From an uncultured Lentisphaerota bacterium (GTDB lineage Bacteria; Verrucomicrobiota; Kiritimatiellia; RFP12; UBA1067): a DNA stretch of 64,000 nt. The stretch lies in assembly GCA_900320225.1 (NCBI GenBank), contig ONRL01000002.1, forward strand, positions 3,236 to 67,235, given 5' to 3'. The position numbers and the translations under genes were made by a program. The number at the start of each line of letters is the position of its first letter. Position 1 is the first letter of the stretch. Below the pieces are notes generated by a model. That model had not been told where the DNA came from. It was given only the letters and a program-made list of their open reading frames with translations, and ran no database searches. This document shows positions 48,301 to 57,793 of this stretch, piece by piece.

Positions 48301-51300
48301 AGTGTCTTGACGGAATCCGGCAGGCGCTCGCCCTTCGCCTTCATCGCGGCCTCAAGGTCGTTGAGCGTGAAGGAGTAGGTGTTCGCCCTGTCCCTGTCGT
48401 AGAACTTGCCGGACGCAAGCGCGAAGTCGAGCATGCGCTTCGTGTCGGCGTCGCTGATGCCGGCGATCTCGTAGCGCCACTTGCCGTCCTTCGCCCTCCA
48501 CCAGCCGGTCTTCTCCCAGATTTCGCGGCGCCCCGCTCCGGCGCCCTCCATGCGCTCCGCCTCGTCGCGGCCCTTCGCGTGGACGCGCCGCCCGGCCTCC
48601 TCGTCGATGTTGAAGAACCGAAGGTTGCCCGTGTCGCCGATCTTCTCGTCGTCGCGGTAGAGGTTTGCCGGGTGCTTCTCGATGATCTTCCGCAGTTTCG
48701 CCGCGTCGGGCTCCATGAAGATGCGCTTCTTGGAGACCTCGCCCCCGAGCTCCTTTGCCACGGCGTCTATTTGCCCCGGCTCCACTCCGCGCACCATCAC
48801 CTTCTTCGCGCCGTCACGCGGCACCTGCTTGAGCGTCCAGCCATTCACAAGGTCAACCGTGCGGTTGTTCAGCACCTCGCGAACCTTGCCGTCGATCACC
48901 ATGTCCCGCGCCTCCTGGGCCTTGCCGAAGCGCCCGAAGACGGCGGGTATCTCGTCCGTGTCGATCTTCGCGCCGATGTACTCTGGCGCGTCGCCCGCCT
49001 TGACGCGGAACGTTCGCGGTGGCTTGGAGCCGAGGACGTCGTTCCAGTGCTTCAGGAGGTCTCCCGTCGCGTAGAAGCCGTCGTCCGCCCTCTCCTCGGG
49101 TATGACGCCGTACTCCGCGTCCCAGAGCTCCTTCGCCTTCGCCGTATCAAGTTTCTCGTATGCGGCATTCGGCTTCTCCGTATCGAGTATGGACGCCTTC
49201 ATGCGCTTCTTCGTGCCGTCCACGGCAAAGCGCATCGCGGCAGGCTCCTGGCGCTTGCCCATCTTGCCGTCGGCGCGGACGGCGAACGTCTCGCCGGTGC
49301 GCTTGTTGCGGACGTATGTCAGGAACTCCGCCGCATGGTCGCGCGCGAAGTCGTCGAACGGGACCTTGTCGGTCTTGAACCACGAGTTGACGTGCTGCAC
49401 GTCCATGTCGTCGGCGAGCTTCACCGAGCGAACGGCGTCGTTGTGCGTGGAGCCGATGTCCTGGAGCCCGATGTCGTACTCGCCGTCCTCCTTCGCCCAG
49501 CGGATGTTCTGGTCGAGGAGGTTCTTGAACGCCGTGAACATGCCGTCCTGCTTCTTCGGGTCCAGCATGAGAAGCCGGTTGAGGAATCGCTTGGCGGAGA
49601 CGTCGGGGACGGTTGCCCCGCTCTTGTCGCGCTTGAGCATCCCGTTCACCTCAACCACGGAGCCGTCGGGGCGCTGCACGCGCTTCACAAAGTTCATGTC
49701 GCGCGCGATGTCGTCGAGCTTGCCCATCTTGTGGAGCATGGCGATAATCTGATCCACGGCCTGCTGCGCGTACTTCGTTTCGAAGTTGTCGCCTTCGCTC
49801 GTTATGCCGTTGCCGGTCGCGGCGCGGTCGCCTGTCGTAAGCGCCTTCATCTGGCCGCGGCGGCGCTCCACCGAGGAGTAGAAGCGCCTCTCTCCCGGGA
49901 GGTCCGTCGTGCTCGTCACGTATATCGGCGCATTCGCCTGGTTGTTGCGGTGGACGCGCCCGAGGGTCTGCTCAAGCTCGTCAGCGCGGTAGCCCAGCTG
50001 AAGCGGGAACGCCACGCGGCGCGCTTGGTTCTTGTACTTGCGGTCGGACGAGAACGTGTATCCCGTGTTCGCCACGCCGGAGAAGACAAGCACCTTCTTG
50101 TCGCCGTTCTGGAACGCGCGGTAGTCCTCGGCCATGCCGCCCTTGTTGAGCCCGGTGAGGTTCGCCACGTTGTCCTTGCCAAAGGCGTCGATTATCATGT
50201 TGATCGGGTTGCCGAAGGTGTCCGGCAGCTTCTCCACCTCGCGGACGAGCCGCCTGCGGATGCCGTCGGCAATCGGGTCGCGCTCGAACCCCACGACTTC
50301 ACCGCTCTGGTCCTTGACCGGCTTCATCGTCGGGAACTGGTAGTCCTTGTACGCACCCTCCTGCTTCTGGTAGGTCTTGTCCCCCTCCTTCGTGAGGAAG
50401 TCCAGGAGAATCTGCTTCGGGCCGAAGTTGACTTCGTCCATGCCGAGCTGACGCCCCTCTTCGAGCGCCTTGGCAACCTCGCGCGTCGATCCCGCCTCGT
50501 TCGTGTTGACGAGCGAGAACACCGGCGCGTTGCCCTTGGCGAGCTCCTTCTTGGCGCGTTCGATGAGCGCCGGGATCTTGAGCGCCGTCACCATTGAGTA
50601 GTGGAGTCGCTGCTGCATACCGTGGAGCGACGACGGCGGCACGGTGTAGTCCAGCCGCCCGAGGACCTCAAGCGCGTCGTACACGCCCCGGTAGACGTCC
50701 GAGAGCGCGTGATTGTACTCCGTATAGGTCCGCTTCTGCGCTTCCGTCGTGGGTACGGCGACATGGTCGAACTCAACACCCTCCTTCGAGAGGTTTGCCG
50801 AGAGGTACTGCCCGCGGCGCTTCAGCGTCTGGGCGACCATCTCCATTGCGGAGACGCCCTTGCCCTCGACCTTCTTCTTGAAGTCCTCGAAGTCCTTGAA
50901 CGGCGTGCCCTCGCCCCAAAGCCCGAGGCGCGTGGCGTAGCCGAGGTTGCCGACGTCCGTTGCGCCGGTCGCCGACATGTAGATTACGCGCGCCTTCGGC
51001 AGAAGCTCCTGGAGCTTCACTACGGCGTCCTGCGTGCGCCCGCCCTCCGTCTTGGCGCGGTGAATCTCGTCGAACGCGATGACGCCGTCGAAGTCCTTGC
51101 CGAGCTCATTGGCGATCTTCTCGACAACGCCTTCGTTGCGGATGTCGGAGTAGGTCGTGAATCCGATGCCGTCCTTCGGCATGGGCTTGTCGCCGATGTC
51201 CTCCACCAGCCCTTCCATGCCGAACGGCTTCACCTCGCTGCGGACGTCGTCGATGAGGCCGCGCTGCGTGGTTATCCACAGCGCCCTCTTGCGCCCGCGC

Positions 51301-54300
51301 CAGCGGTTGTCCAGGATGGTGCCCGCGATCATGCGGCTCTTGCCGGCGCCCGTGCCGTACCCGCCCATCATGCCGAGCGGCGAGCCGTTTGCGTCCTTCA
51401 TCCCGTGGGCACGCCCCGCGTAGCCGACGAACTCGAGCTGGTGCTCCTGCAGGTCGCCGTTCTTGATGTGCTTCTCGGGGATCATCAGCTTGTACTTGTT
51501 GTCCGGCGGCTCCGTCGCCCGGAGCGCAGGCGGCTCCTCAAGGAGCGTGCGGCTCTTCACCGCGCCCGGCACCTTGTACTTCGCTGGGGCATACTGGCGC
51601 TTGTCGAAGTCTCCCGCCTCCTCGGCCTTGTCGAAGAAGCGCGTGCCCTGATCGGCCTCTCCCGCGCGGATCGCGTCCCGCTCCGCCTGTGTGAGCCCGC
51701 GGTTGACTAGGCCCTCGTCGTGGAGCGCCGAAAGCGACATCTTCATGTCCTCGACCTTGGTCGGGGCGTAGCGGTTCGCGCCCGGCGTCTTCACGCGCAC
51801 GGTGGCCGTGCCGTCGCCGTTGTCCTGCAGGAACGTAGCCTCGCGCATGTTGCCGGCGGCGTTCTTGAACATGACGACCTGACCGCGCTCGAAGGCGGGT
51901 TTCGCCGGAGCCGCTTCCGTCGCGGGGATGGTCCTGTTGAACAGGTCCTCGCCCTCCGCTCCGCCGAGATCGAGCAGCCCCTGCCCCGTCTCCATGCTGC
52001 CGCCCTTCAGAGGCGCGTCCATGCGGCGCTGAAGCGCCTCGCGCTCACGCAGCCTCCGGGCTTCGTCGTTTATCTGGCCTTGCGTCACGCTCTCCAGCGC
52101 GAAGTCAGGCCGTGCGGGAGTCTCGCCTTCCTTCGGCGCGGACGGCTCCATGCCGAGGTCCTTCTCCATCTGCGCCCGCAGGTCGGGGTCGAGGTTGATG
52201 GACTCCCAGCGCATCTTTTCGAGTGTGGCCTTGTCGATGGCCTTCTGGAGCTCCGCCTCCTTCGCCTTGCCGCCTTCCGCGATCTTGCGCTCGTTGATGC
52301 CGAGGGCGCGCATGTCCTCGCGGAGTATCTTCTTCTTCACAAGGTCGTTCTCGCGCGAACGCTGGACCTCGCGGAGGCTCTTGGCAAGCCGCGAATACTT
52401 CGCCGCCTGTTCCGAGCGGTACTTCTCGGCCTTCTCGGCCGCCTTCTCCACGGTGTCGTCGCCAAAGAAGTCGAACGCCATCTGCTCGACGCCGTCCGCC
52501 TCCCTCTTCATGGCCGCCAGGTGCTTGGCCTCGCTGGCCTTGATGCCGAGGTCGCGCCTGTCCAAGGTGGGGTCGCGCAGGACGGACTTCAACAAATAAC
52601 GCTGGAGGTCGGCGTTCGCCTTCCCTTCGCCGATCGGCGCAATCTCCGCTATCGCGGCCGCCTGTTCCGGCTTTATCTTGCCCTCTACGCGCCCGCCCTC
52701 GAAGTTGACGGAGGCGCGAAGGTCTTCCGTGGCGTCGTTGGCGATGGCGTATGCCTGCCGCGCTTCCTTCGATCCGAGGAAGCCCTCGCGCTCCGCCTCG
52801 GCGCGCGGAATCTTGACGTCGCCGAAGAACGCCACGTAGTCCTCTGTCGAGCCCTTGCTGTCCTGGATGTTGTCCAAGGCGTCGAGGAGCCGGATTTTCG
52901 TGAAGTCGTAGGTGCCGTCGGGCTTCTTCGTCACCCAGCCATCGGCCTCGCGCACGCGGCGCATGGGTATGTCCATGCCGTAGCGCTCGTAAAGCTCCTT
53001 CCTGTGCCGCCCGGTGCCGACGGACACCGTGCCGTCCTCGAACTCCACGCCGAGGATCGGCTTGGAGAGAAGCGAACGGGGACGTCCCTTCAGCTCGTTC
53101 CCGGGGACGATGCCCGTCTTCGGGTCGGCCGCAAGCTTGGTGTTGGGCACGCGGGCGTCGCTGCTGTCCAGCTTCGCCGCCGGGTACATCTCCACGTCGA
53201 TGTCCTGAAGCGCCGCCTGGAGCGCGTTGATGCCGGAAATGTCCCGCACGTTGCGCCCCTCGTCCGCGCTCCTGATGGCGTCCCGCGCCTCGTAGTCGCC
53301 CACGCGGTCGAAAAGGCCCGTGGTCTCCGCGGCGTAATTCCACAGGCGGCGCAGTCCGTCCTTCTGCTCGGCGTACCAGGCGGGGTTCGCCGCCTTGAAC
53401 ATCTTGGCAAAGTCGTAGAATCCGCGGATCTTCTTCTGGTCGTACAGGGCGGCAATGTCCCGCACCAACTCCCAGTTCTTGTCGCGGCGGTCCGAGCCCA
53501 GTTCCTCGTTCACGTCGAAGAACTTCGCCGAGGGGTCCGTAAGCCCCCAGCGGCTCATTATGTCGCGGATATCCCGAGACTCGCCGCCAGACGGCGAATT
53601 TCGACCCTCCGCGCCCTCCGCGCGTTCGGGACGGGTCATCGCACCCTCCGCGCCAGCCTCGCTCCTAGGGGCTTCTACAGGCGTTTCCTGGGGCATGTCG
53701 CCAAAAAGGCCTGCAAGCGCGTCCTCCGCAGCCCTTACGCCGTCGCCCAAGCGCCCTTCGTTGGCGTGGTGGACTACCACTCCCTCGCTCGGCGCTTCTG
53801 CTCCCTCCGGCTCTGCTTCCACAGGTCGCGGCGCTTCCCCGCCTTCCTGTCGCCCAGAAGCCCCTTGTTCGGGTTGCGCCGGTGCTTCATCGGCTCTACG
53901 CCCTGCCTCATCTGCGGTCTCCTTTCTTGCCTGCTCCTCGACCCGGACGAGTTCAGCCTCCATAGCCTTCTCCGCCTCCTTGCCGTAGGGCAGTCCAAAA
54001 TGGTCGTGTATCTGGCGCCGCACGGCACGGATAGCGGCCATGCCGTCCTTCTTTGGCTTCGTGGTGGACGCAATAAGCGTCTCCGTGCCGTCGTTTGCGA
54101 CTGCGTTGACATCCCAGCCAATGACCTTGCCGTTGCCGTCGGTGACGCGCCGGGCGACGATCTGGTTGCCGTTCGGTCCGTAGCTGGCCCGAAGGACATC
54201 GCCTTGCGATGAAGTGCGTTCCTTGCCCTGGGGCGCCTCCGGCTCCACGGCTATGCGCGGAAGGACGCTTGCGTTGTCCTCGGCCTCACGGCGCTTCCGC

Positions 54301-57300
54301 TCCTCCTCGGCGCGGTCGAACTTCTCGGCCCTCCTTGCGTCGTCCTCGCGAAGCGCCTCCTTGACGGCGTTTTTGCGGTCTAGGCGCGCCTGTGCGTCCG
54401 CCGCCTCATAGCCCGCCCTCCTCTGCGCCTCGCGCTCCTGGGCCCGATTTTCGCGCTCCTGCGCCGCGCGAACTGCCTCCGCTTCGGCGTTCTCCTTGGC
54501 TATCGCCCTCTCCCGCGCCCTGCGCTCGGTGATTTCGCGGCGGCGGCGCTGGTACTCCTCGCGCTTCGCCATGTCGGACTCGCGCTCCTCGGCGTCGATG
54601 AGCTGCTGGAGCTCCGCCTCGTCCCGCGCGTCCTGCTCCTCCCTGCGCTCGCGCTCGATACGCTGGCGCTCCTGCTCTTCGTAGTCTGCAGCTTCCTGGC
54701 GCTGCCTTGCTCGCTCTTCTTGGCCTCTGCGGGTTGCCGCGCGGCGGTCGCGCTCTTCGCCGATCTGATCCGCGAACTCTTTTTCAGCCGCCCTGAATCC
54801 AACCCTGTGACCCGTGCGGGCAGCGTCAACTTCGCCCTGCAATCGTTCGGCGCTCGCGCTGTCAGGAAGTGCGCGGAGCGTCGGCGTCGGGGGATTCGGC
54901 GGCTCGGGCTCGTAGTAGAAGTTCCCGCCAGTCTGCTCGGCAAGCTTGTTCATCGCGCCCCGGTACACCTCCTCCGCCTCCGAGCGGCTGTACGAGAGAC
55001 CATTGAACACCTTGCGGAGATTGCGCCGCAGGACGTTCACATGCTCGTCCCACCAGCCGGGCTCATCCGGGACGTCTTCGCGGTCAAAGAGGTGCGCGTA
55101 CACTTCCTCCAGCGCGTTGGCGTGGAGATAGTTGCCATCCTTGTCGCGCTTGAATATCTCCTCGGGGCGCTCGATTTCGCCACGCGCCATCCGCGCCCCG
55201 ACGATGCGGTTCAACTGATTCTGCACAACGGGGTCCCCGCTACGAGCAAGCCCCGCGACGAAGCCGATCTTGTCGGCAGGCGTTTCAAATGCCACATCAA
55301 GTCCGCGATGACGCCCCGCCTCGTGTAGGACGTTGCGTTTCATCTGCTGCGGCGTCTCCATTCGGTCGAGGCAGTACACTGTCGTACCGTCAGGAAGCGT
55401 AACGGCTTGTTCGCCGGGCGACGACCTGTGGGGTCTGCCAGTACCCTCGGAAACAATCTTGTCGAACTCCGCCCCGTCCTTCGCGGCATAGAAGTCCACT
55501 CCTCCGAGCCTGTACTGGTCGCGAAAGTTCTTGAGAGCCGCCGCCTTGGCATCGCGCTCCGAGGCGGTCTTCTGTCCGAGTCTGCTCATGGCGTTCGCTG
55601 CCTCAAAGGCATCCTCCGCGCCGTAGCGGGTCGCCCTGCGCCCGTTGCCGTCCTCCACGAGGTATATGCTCCTCCCGTCGGCCTTCGACGCGTCCAGCGG
55701 CCACTTCGTGACGGATATGCCAGTGTTGGCGTCCGTGAAGGTCTTGCCTGCTATGCTCACTCCGTCGCCAACAGGAATTTCCACGTCCTGCCATGCCACT
55801 TCGCTTGTAGTCCGCATCTTGCCGTTTTCGTCCGGCTTGCCGAGCGTCAAGGTTCTGGGAACCCTGAACTGCGACTGGAACGATCCCGCATTGGAGCGTT
55901 CCCATCCCGCCGAGTTGTCAAACTGGAGGGCATACTTCCCGGCCTGCTCGAACGCCTGGCCGGCCTCCATGCCAAGCTTCTTGCCAACTTTGTCGCACCA
56001 ATTGCGCAGACGCTCCTCGAAGGTCCCCTTCTCCGTGACCTCTCCATTGACGACGCGAACCCTGTCGTACCGTTCGCCCTTGAAGTTTCTGCCGTGCTGT
56101 TGCTCGCGGCGCAGCGTCCTTGCGCCGTCCACGTCGCCGCCAAAGGCATCCTCGCCGCTGTACAGCCTGTCGCCGATGCGAACAAGCCAGCGCTTTAGGT
56201 CCGGATTCATCTGGTCCAACTGCTCCTGTGGTATCTTGAACGCCCCCTGGAGCCGACGGTCGTATGAGGCCTTTTGGGCGCGAGCGTCGCGCCAGGTCCT
56301 CATGCCCGCAGTTCCGGCCTGGAAGAGCATCACGCCGAGCGCGCCGACAAACAGGTCAGTCTGTCCCTTGAGCGAGAGCACGCCAGGGACGTGCGTCCCA
56401 TCCGGCAGATCCTCGCCGTTGGTGAACTTATCCCACTCCTTCGAAAGCCCCTCGTACTCGGAGTCCTTCTTGCCGTAGCCGAGCACCTGGTCCTTGAAGG
56501 TGTTGAGGTCCATGAGGGCGAGCATCTGCGGCTGTCCGCGCAGACCCGTGAGCTGTCCGTACTTCACATAGTTCTCGTACAGCCCCTTCACGGCAGGAGC
56601 GGCCTTCCGCGCCCATGCGGCATCCGCCCCGCGGAGACCCTTTATAGACTTGCCGATTACGCCGGGCGCCCAGCCGAACGCCGCCTCGCCGATTGGAAGC
56701 GAGAATATCGCCGCCTCGCCGAAACCGCCCTTCGCCGCCTTGGCGAGAGCCTTCTCGGGATCGTCGCCCGGAATCACCTCCAACTCACCTGTTTCGGGGT
56801 TCTGATGGTATTCCGGCGCCGTCAGCTCCTTGTAGCGGCGGCGCGTCATCTCGGCGCCCATAACCGGCGTCATCCACGCGGAATGCGCCAGCCCCGCAAC
56901 CACGCGTCCGCGCCATGTAGCCTGAACCGCCTTGGCGCCGATGCCGAGGGCCTTGCCCGCCGCGCCGGTAAGAGCGAACTCCTCCATCATCGGGATCATG
57001 CCGAGGGTGCCGCCGCCGACCTTGCCCCAGAAACCCTCTTCGCCGGCCGCGGCCATGCGCCTCTGCGCCTCGCCCTTCTTCGCCGCGCGCTCGCCGAACC
57101 TGGCGCGTGCGATGTTGGCGAAGTATTCGTTCATCTTCTCGGCGTCGCCCTGCGAGTATTCGCGGGCCTTCTCGATGTCCGCTTCGCTTATGCGGGCGTC
57201 GCGCGCGTAGTTCTCCAGCACGTCCGTCATGTACTCGGCGGTCGCCATCCGCGCAGCGCCGCGCACGCCCTCCACGGCAAGACCGACAACCGGAAGATTC

Positions 57301-57734
57301 GTGGCCACGGCGGACGCCCGGCTTGTGTCCTCTGCGCTGGCGTCCTTGGCCTTGTAGCCCCGTAGCATGTAGTTCGTCTGGAGGAGACGCCTGTCCTCGG
57401 CGTCGCGCAGCGCGGAGCGATCCAGAAATGCGGCAAGGTTCCTATCCTCGGTGAGGTCCATGCCCTCTCGCGTGGCTCGGACGCCGGGGAGCAGGCCTTC
57501 CGCATAGACTTGCCCTGCCGACGCGTCACGGCCCGTCCGCGCCGTGATCTCGTCCTGCCGGCGCTCCGTGAAGCCGTAGTTGGAGTCAGAATTTTGCCTA
57601 TTTGCGCCGTCCGTGGCGTCGCTGCGTTCTGCCTCGTCGGCAAAAAGTGAAGTGTAGCCATCGCCGATCGCGGAACGAATACCAGTATCAACGGGTTCCG
57701 CCTCGTCGGCAAAGAGCGAAGAATACTCTGCCAT
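45306..57734 (-). CDS. Giant polyvalent protein (4,142 aa), probably virion-associated
   Basis: A single uninterrupted 12.4-kb ORF, the last gene of the late operon. Its 3' end overlaps the int stop by 20 nt (convergent). Motif-level domain calls are listed as separate features. Confidence 0.85.
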   Translation of the reverse strand: MAEYSSLFADEAEPVDTGIRSAIGDGYTSLFADEAERSDATDGANRQNSDSNYGFTERRQDEITARTGRDASAGQVYAEGLLPGVRATREGMDLTEDRNLAAFLDRSALRDAEDRRLLQTNYMLRGYKAKDASAEDTSRASAVATNLPVVGLAVEGVRGAARMATAEYMTDVLENYARDARISEADIEKAREYSQGDAEKMNEYFANIARARFGERAAKKGEAQRRMAAAGEEGFWGKVGGGTLGMIPMMEEFALTGAAGKALGIGAKAVQATWRGRVVAGLAHSAWMTPVMGAEMTRRRYKELTAPEYHQNPETGELEVIPGDDPEKALAKAAKGGFGEAAIFSLPIGEAAFGWAPGVIGKSIKGLRGADAAWARKAAPAVKGLYENYVKYGQLTGLRGQPQMLALMDLNTFKDQVLGYGKKDSEYEGLSKEWDKFTNGEDLPDGTHVPGVLSLKGQTDLFVGALGVMLFQAGTAGMRTWRDARAQKASYDRRLQGAFKIPQEQLDQMNPDLKRWLVRIGDRLYSGEDAFGGDVDGARTLRREQQHGRNFKGERYDRVRVVNGEVTEKGTFEERLRNWCDKVGKKLGMEAGQAFEQAGKYALQFDNSAGWERSNAGSFQSQFRVPRTLTLGKPDENGKMRTTSEVAWQDVEIPVGDGVSIAGKTFTDANTGISVTKWPLDASKADGRSIYLVEDGNGRRATRYGAEDAFEAANAMSRLGQKTASERDAKAAALKNFRDQYRLGGVDFYAAKDGAEFDKIVSEGTGRPHRSSPGEQAVTLPDGTTVYCLDRMETPQQMKRNVLHEAGRHRGLDVAFETPADKIGFVAGLARSGDPVVQNQLNRIVGARMARGEIERPEEIFKRDKDGNYLHANALEEVYAHLFDREDVPDEPGWWDEHVNVLRRNLRKVFNGLSYSRSEAEEVYRGAMNKLAEQTGGNFYYEPEPPNPPTPTLRALPDSASAERLQGEVDAARTGHRVGFRAAEKEFADQIGEERDRRAATRRGQEERARQRQEAADYEEQERQRIERERREEQDARDEAELQQLIDAEERESDMAKREEYQRRRREITERRARERAIAKENAEAEAVRAAQERENRAQEREAQRRAGYEAADAQARLDRKNAVKEALREDDARRAEKFDRAEEERKRREAEDNASVLPRIAVEPEAPQGKERTSSQGDVLRASYGPNGNQIVARRVTDGNGKVIGWDVNAVANDGTETLIASTTKPKKDGMAAIRAVRRQIHDHFGLPYGKEAEKAMEAELVRVEEQARKETADEAGRRADEAPAQPEQGASGRQEGGEAPRPVEAEPEGAEAPSEGVVVHHANEGRLGDGVRAAEDALAGLFGDMPQETPVEAPRSEAGAEGAMTRPERAEGAEGRNSPSGGESRDIRDIMSRWGLTDPSAKFFDVNEELGSDRRDKNWELVRDIAALYDQKKIRGFYDFAKMFKAANPAWYAEQKDGLRRLWNYAAETTGLFDRVGDYEARDAIRSADEGRNVRDISGINALQAALQDIDVEMYPAAKLDSSDARVPNTKLAADPKTGIVPGNELKGRPRSLLSKPILGVEFEDGTVSVGTGRHRKELYERYGMDIPMRRVREADGWVTKKPDGTYDFTKIRLLDALDNIQDSKGSTEDYVAFFGDVKIPRAEAEREGFLGSKEARQAYAIANDATEDLRASVNFEGGRVEGKIKPEQAAAIAEIAPIGEGKANADLQRYLLKSVLRDPTLDRRDLGIKASEAKHLAAMKREADGVEQMAFDFFGDDTVEKAAEKAEKYRSEQAAKYSRLAKSLREVQRSRENDLVKKKILREDMRALGINERKIAEGGKAKEAELQKAIDKATLEKMRWESINLDPDLRAQMEKDLGMEPSAPKEGETPARPDFALESVTQGQINDEARRLREREALQRRMDAPLKGGSMETGQGLLDLGGAEGEDLFNRTIPATEAAPAKPAFERGQVVMFKNAAGNMREATFLQDNGDGTATVRVKTPGANRYAPTKVEDMKMSLSALHDEGLVNRGLTQAERDAIRAGEADQGTRFFDKAEEAGDFDKRQYAPAKYKVPGAVKSRTLLEEPPALRATEPPDNKYKLMIPEKHIKNGDLQEHQLEFVGYAGRAHGMKDANGSPLGMMGGYGTGAGKSRMIAGTILDNRWRGRKRALWITTQRGLIDDVRSEVKPFGMEGLVEDIGDKPMPKDGIGFTTYSDIRNEGVVEKIANELGKDFDGVIAFDEIHRAKTEGGRTQDAVVKLQELLPKARVIYMSATGATDVGNLGYATRLGLWGEGTPFKDFEDFKKKVEGKGVSAMEMVAQTLKRRGQYLSANLSKEGVEFDHVAVPTTEAQKRTYTEYNHALSDVYRGVYDALEVLGRLDYTVPPSSLHGMQQRLHYSMVTALKIPALIERAKKELAKGNAPVFSLVNTNEAGSTREVAKALEEGRQLGMDEVNFGPKQILLDFLTKEGDKTYQKQEGAYKDYQFPTMKPVKDQSGEVVGFERDPIADGIRRRLVREVEKLPDTFGNPINMIIDAFGKDNVANLTGLNKGGMAEDYRAFQNGDKKVLVFSGVANTGYTFSSDRKYKNQARRVAFPLQLGYRADELEQTLGRVHRNNQANAPIYVTSTTDLPGERRFYSSVERRRGQMKALTTGDRAATGNGITSEGDNFETKYAQQAVDQIIAMLHKMGKLDDIARDMNFVKRVQRPDGSVVEVNGMLKRDKSGATVPDVSAKRFLNRLLMLDPKKQDGMFTAFKNLLDQNIRWAKEDGEYDIGLQDIGSTHNDAVRSVKLADDMDVQHVNSWFKTDKVPFDDFARDHAAEFLTYVRNKRTGETFAVRADGKMGKRQEPAAMRFAVDGTKKRMKASILDTEKPNAAYEKLDTAKAKELWDAEYGVIPEERADDGFYATGDLLKHWNDVLGSKPPRTFRVKAGDAPEYIGAKIDTDEIPAVFGRFGKAQEARDMVIDGKVREVLNNRTVDLVNGWTLKQVPRDGAKKVMVRGVEPGQIDAVAKELGGEVSKKRIFMEPDAAKLRKIIEKHPANLYRDDEKIGDTGNLRFFNIDEEAGRRVHAKGRDEAERMEGAGAGRREIWEKTGWWRAKDGKWRYEIAGISDADTKRMLDFALASGKFYDRDRANTYSFTLNDLEAAMKAKGERLPDSVKTLLAAYPRLGKETIEVDRKAEQPKDGTLGYATKGKIHLYERGTTAETLNHELQHRIQAASGMAGGTNTDGKSFGRYTQEHGEWEARQAATRARMSAEERGKTAPWETADRHNVAEDMTQIDDANRARIRPDGEPKEPEPVAPAADRKTTIAEKAKTELADRYDPIKKMEIATGRRDKKDLYAENSPYNAMRLLHGHNEAARQRYEKIWKRPFEDMLRKSGATVDDVGMYMIATNAKDRNRKVMERSGTLDGAGLSDADAAKILSDLRSHLGADKVAKIEEMANFLWKMQDEGMERRVESGRVARETADQWRKEEPFHVPMRDDLSDEGGEYNRSTRQWRRSDFKEANGRYTLPDNPVEFMFKEYQDAMYGSNINEARRVLADFVRSTPGVGKVRKGVRRGKAWSFTHKQIEDFPDPNYHEQTVKGGSGRPNLVAFKEGGNLYMIELNGKQGERVAEAVIGRGVQNMWKPVAAFTRGYASTATELSPAFLGRNFAADMLEASLNTMADKGVIRGGVSAVRNVANAVRMAGTIRKYIKTGKFEGPYADVMRRYVESGASIGGMGNEGYTELKNDLGKVASGKHGVMDVLRFVGRGISEINKQGELATRLAVFKDYIDGGASDGEAAMRSREYSTDFNKYGNQRWMNSAWMFSGSVIGGAIRQTASLATGKHGRQLAMALFTYGVMEAMAEHFFNADDDKKARKSGEPSGETMTEFQRANSLYFRMGDKFIRVPFHAGPFSVLKYAGNLAARAALGDISGADAAKHIGKEALDSGMHFTGTGDFNSDTPVQSLLPTLLVPFYQLKGNEDYAGRPIRKQMFSETKPYSENGRKQTGDVWKSMARGMNKLTGGNERRRGWFDYSPENYKFVVDSALKNLGRDITTVSDFVTDLKEGKDLDNSHIPFWRDYVRDVPDNAHNFYEAERRYKVDRADGTIKAGSRRDEKIRKLLNDIRTLRHWEDGEEREGGRWVRKRNPSEATKKKYEKTRLRYQQQVIDLMRPKK
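47985..48524 (-). other. HExxH zincin-like metallopeptidase module within the giant protein (about residues 3071-3250)
   Basis: EIWEKTGWWRAKDGKWRYEI...GKIHLYERGTTAETLNHELQHRIQAASG...HGEWEARQAA. The HELQH motif lies at residues 3193-3197 (nt 48135-48164). Confidence 0.5.
49785..51467 (-). other. Strawberry-notch-type (AAA_34 + Helicase_C_4) SF2 helicase module within the giant protein (about residues 2090-2650)
   Basis: Walker A GYGTGAGKSR (residues 2125-2134), motif II AFDEIHRAK and MSATGATDVGNLGYATRLGLWG. LGRVHRNNQANAPIYVTSTTDLPGERRFYSSVERRRGQMKALTTGDRA (from residue 2591) parallels the SBNO consensus ...GRTHRSNQ..P.Y....T.L.GE.RF.S.VAKRL..LGALT.GDR. Confidence 0.7.
52860..53147 (-). other. 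ParB/sulfiredoxin-like domain within the giant protein (about residues 1530-1625)
   Basis: ...SKPILGVEFEDGTVSVGTGRHRKELYERYGMDIPMRRV. The GxGRHR box (residues 1573-1578, nt 52992-53018) resembles the ParB N-terminal-domain DGxHR motif. Confidence 0.45.
54215..54770 (-). other. Glu/Arg/Ala-rich low-complexity helical spacer within the giant protein (about residues 990-1170)
   Basis: RRGQEERARQRQEAADYEEQERQRIERERREEQDARDEAELQQLIDAEERE...EERKRREAEDNAS. Confidence 0.7.
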
Positions 57735-57793
57735 CTGCCCTACCTCCTTGTTCGATGTCGATGAAACTCGGTTTGCTCGCCGTGCCTACGGCA

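Noticed and set aside
45984-50597. 1,537-aa plus-strand ORF (and its neighbour, 51720..54212, 830 aa) antisense to the giant gene
   Set aside because: Their composition is dominated by Arg, Leu, Val, Ala and His, with no recognisable motifs. They lie exactly antisense to a gene with strong, motif-supported coding signal. Long stop-free antisense frames are expected in GC-rich coding DNA. I treat them as shadow ORFs.
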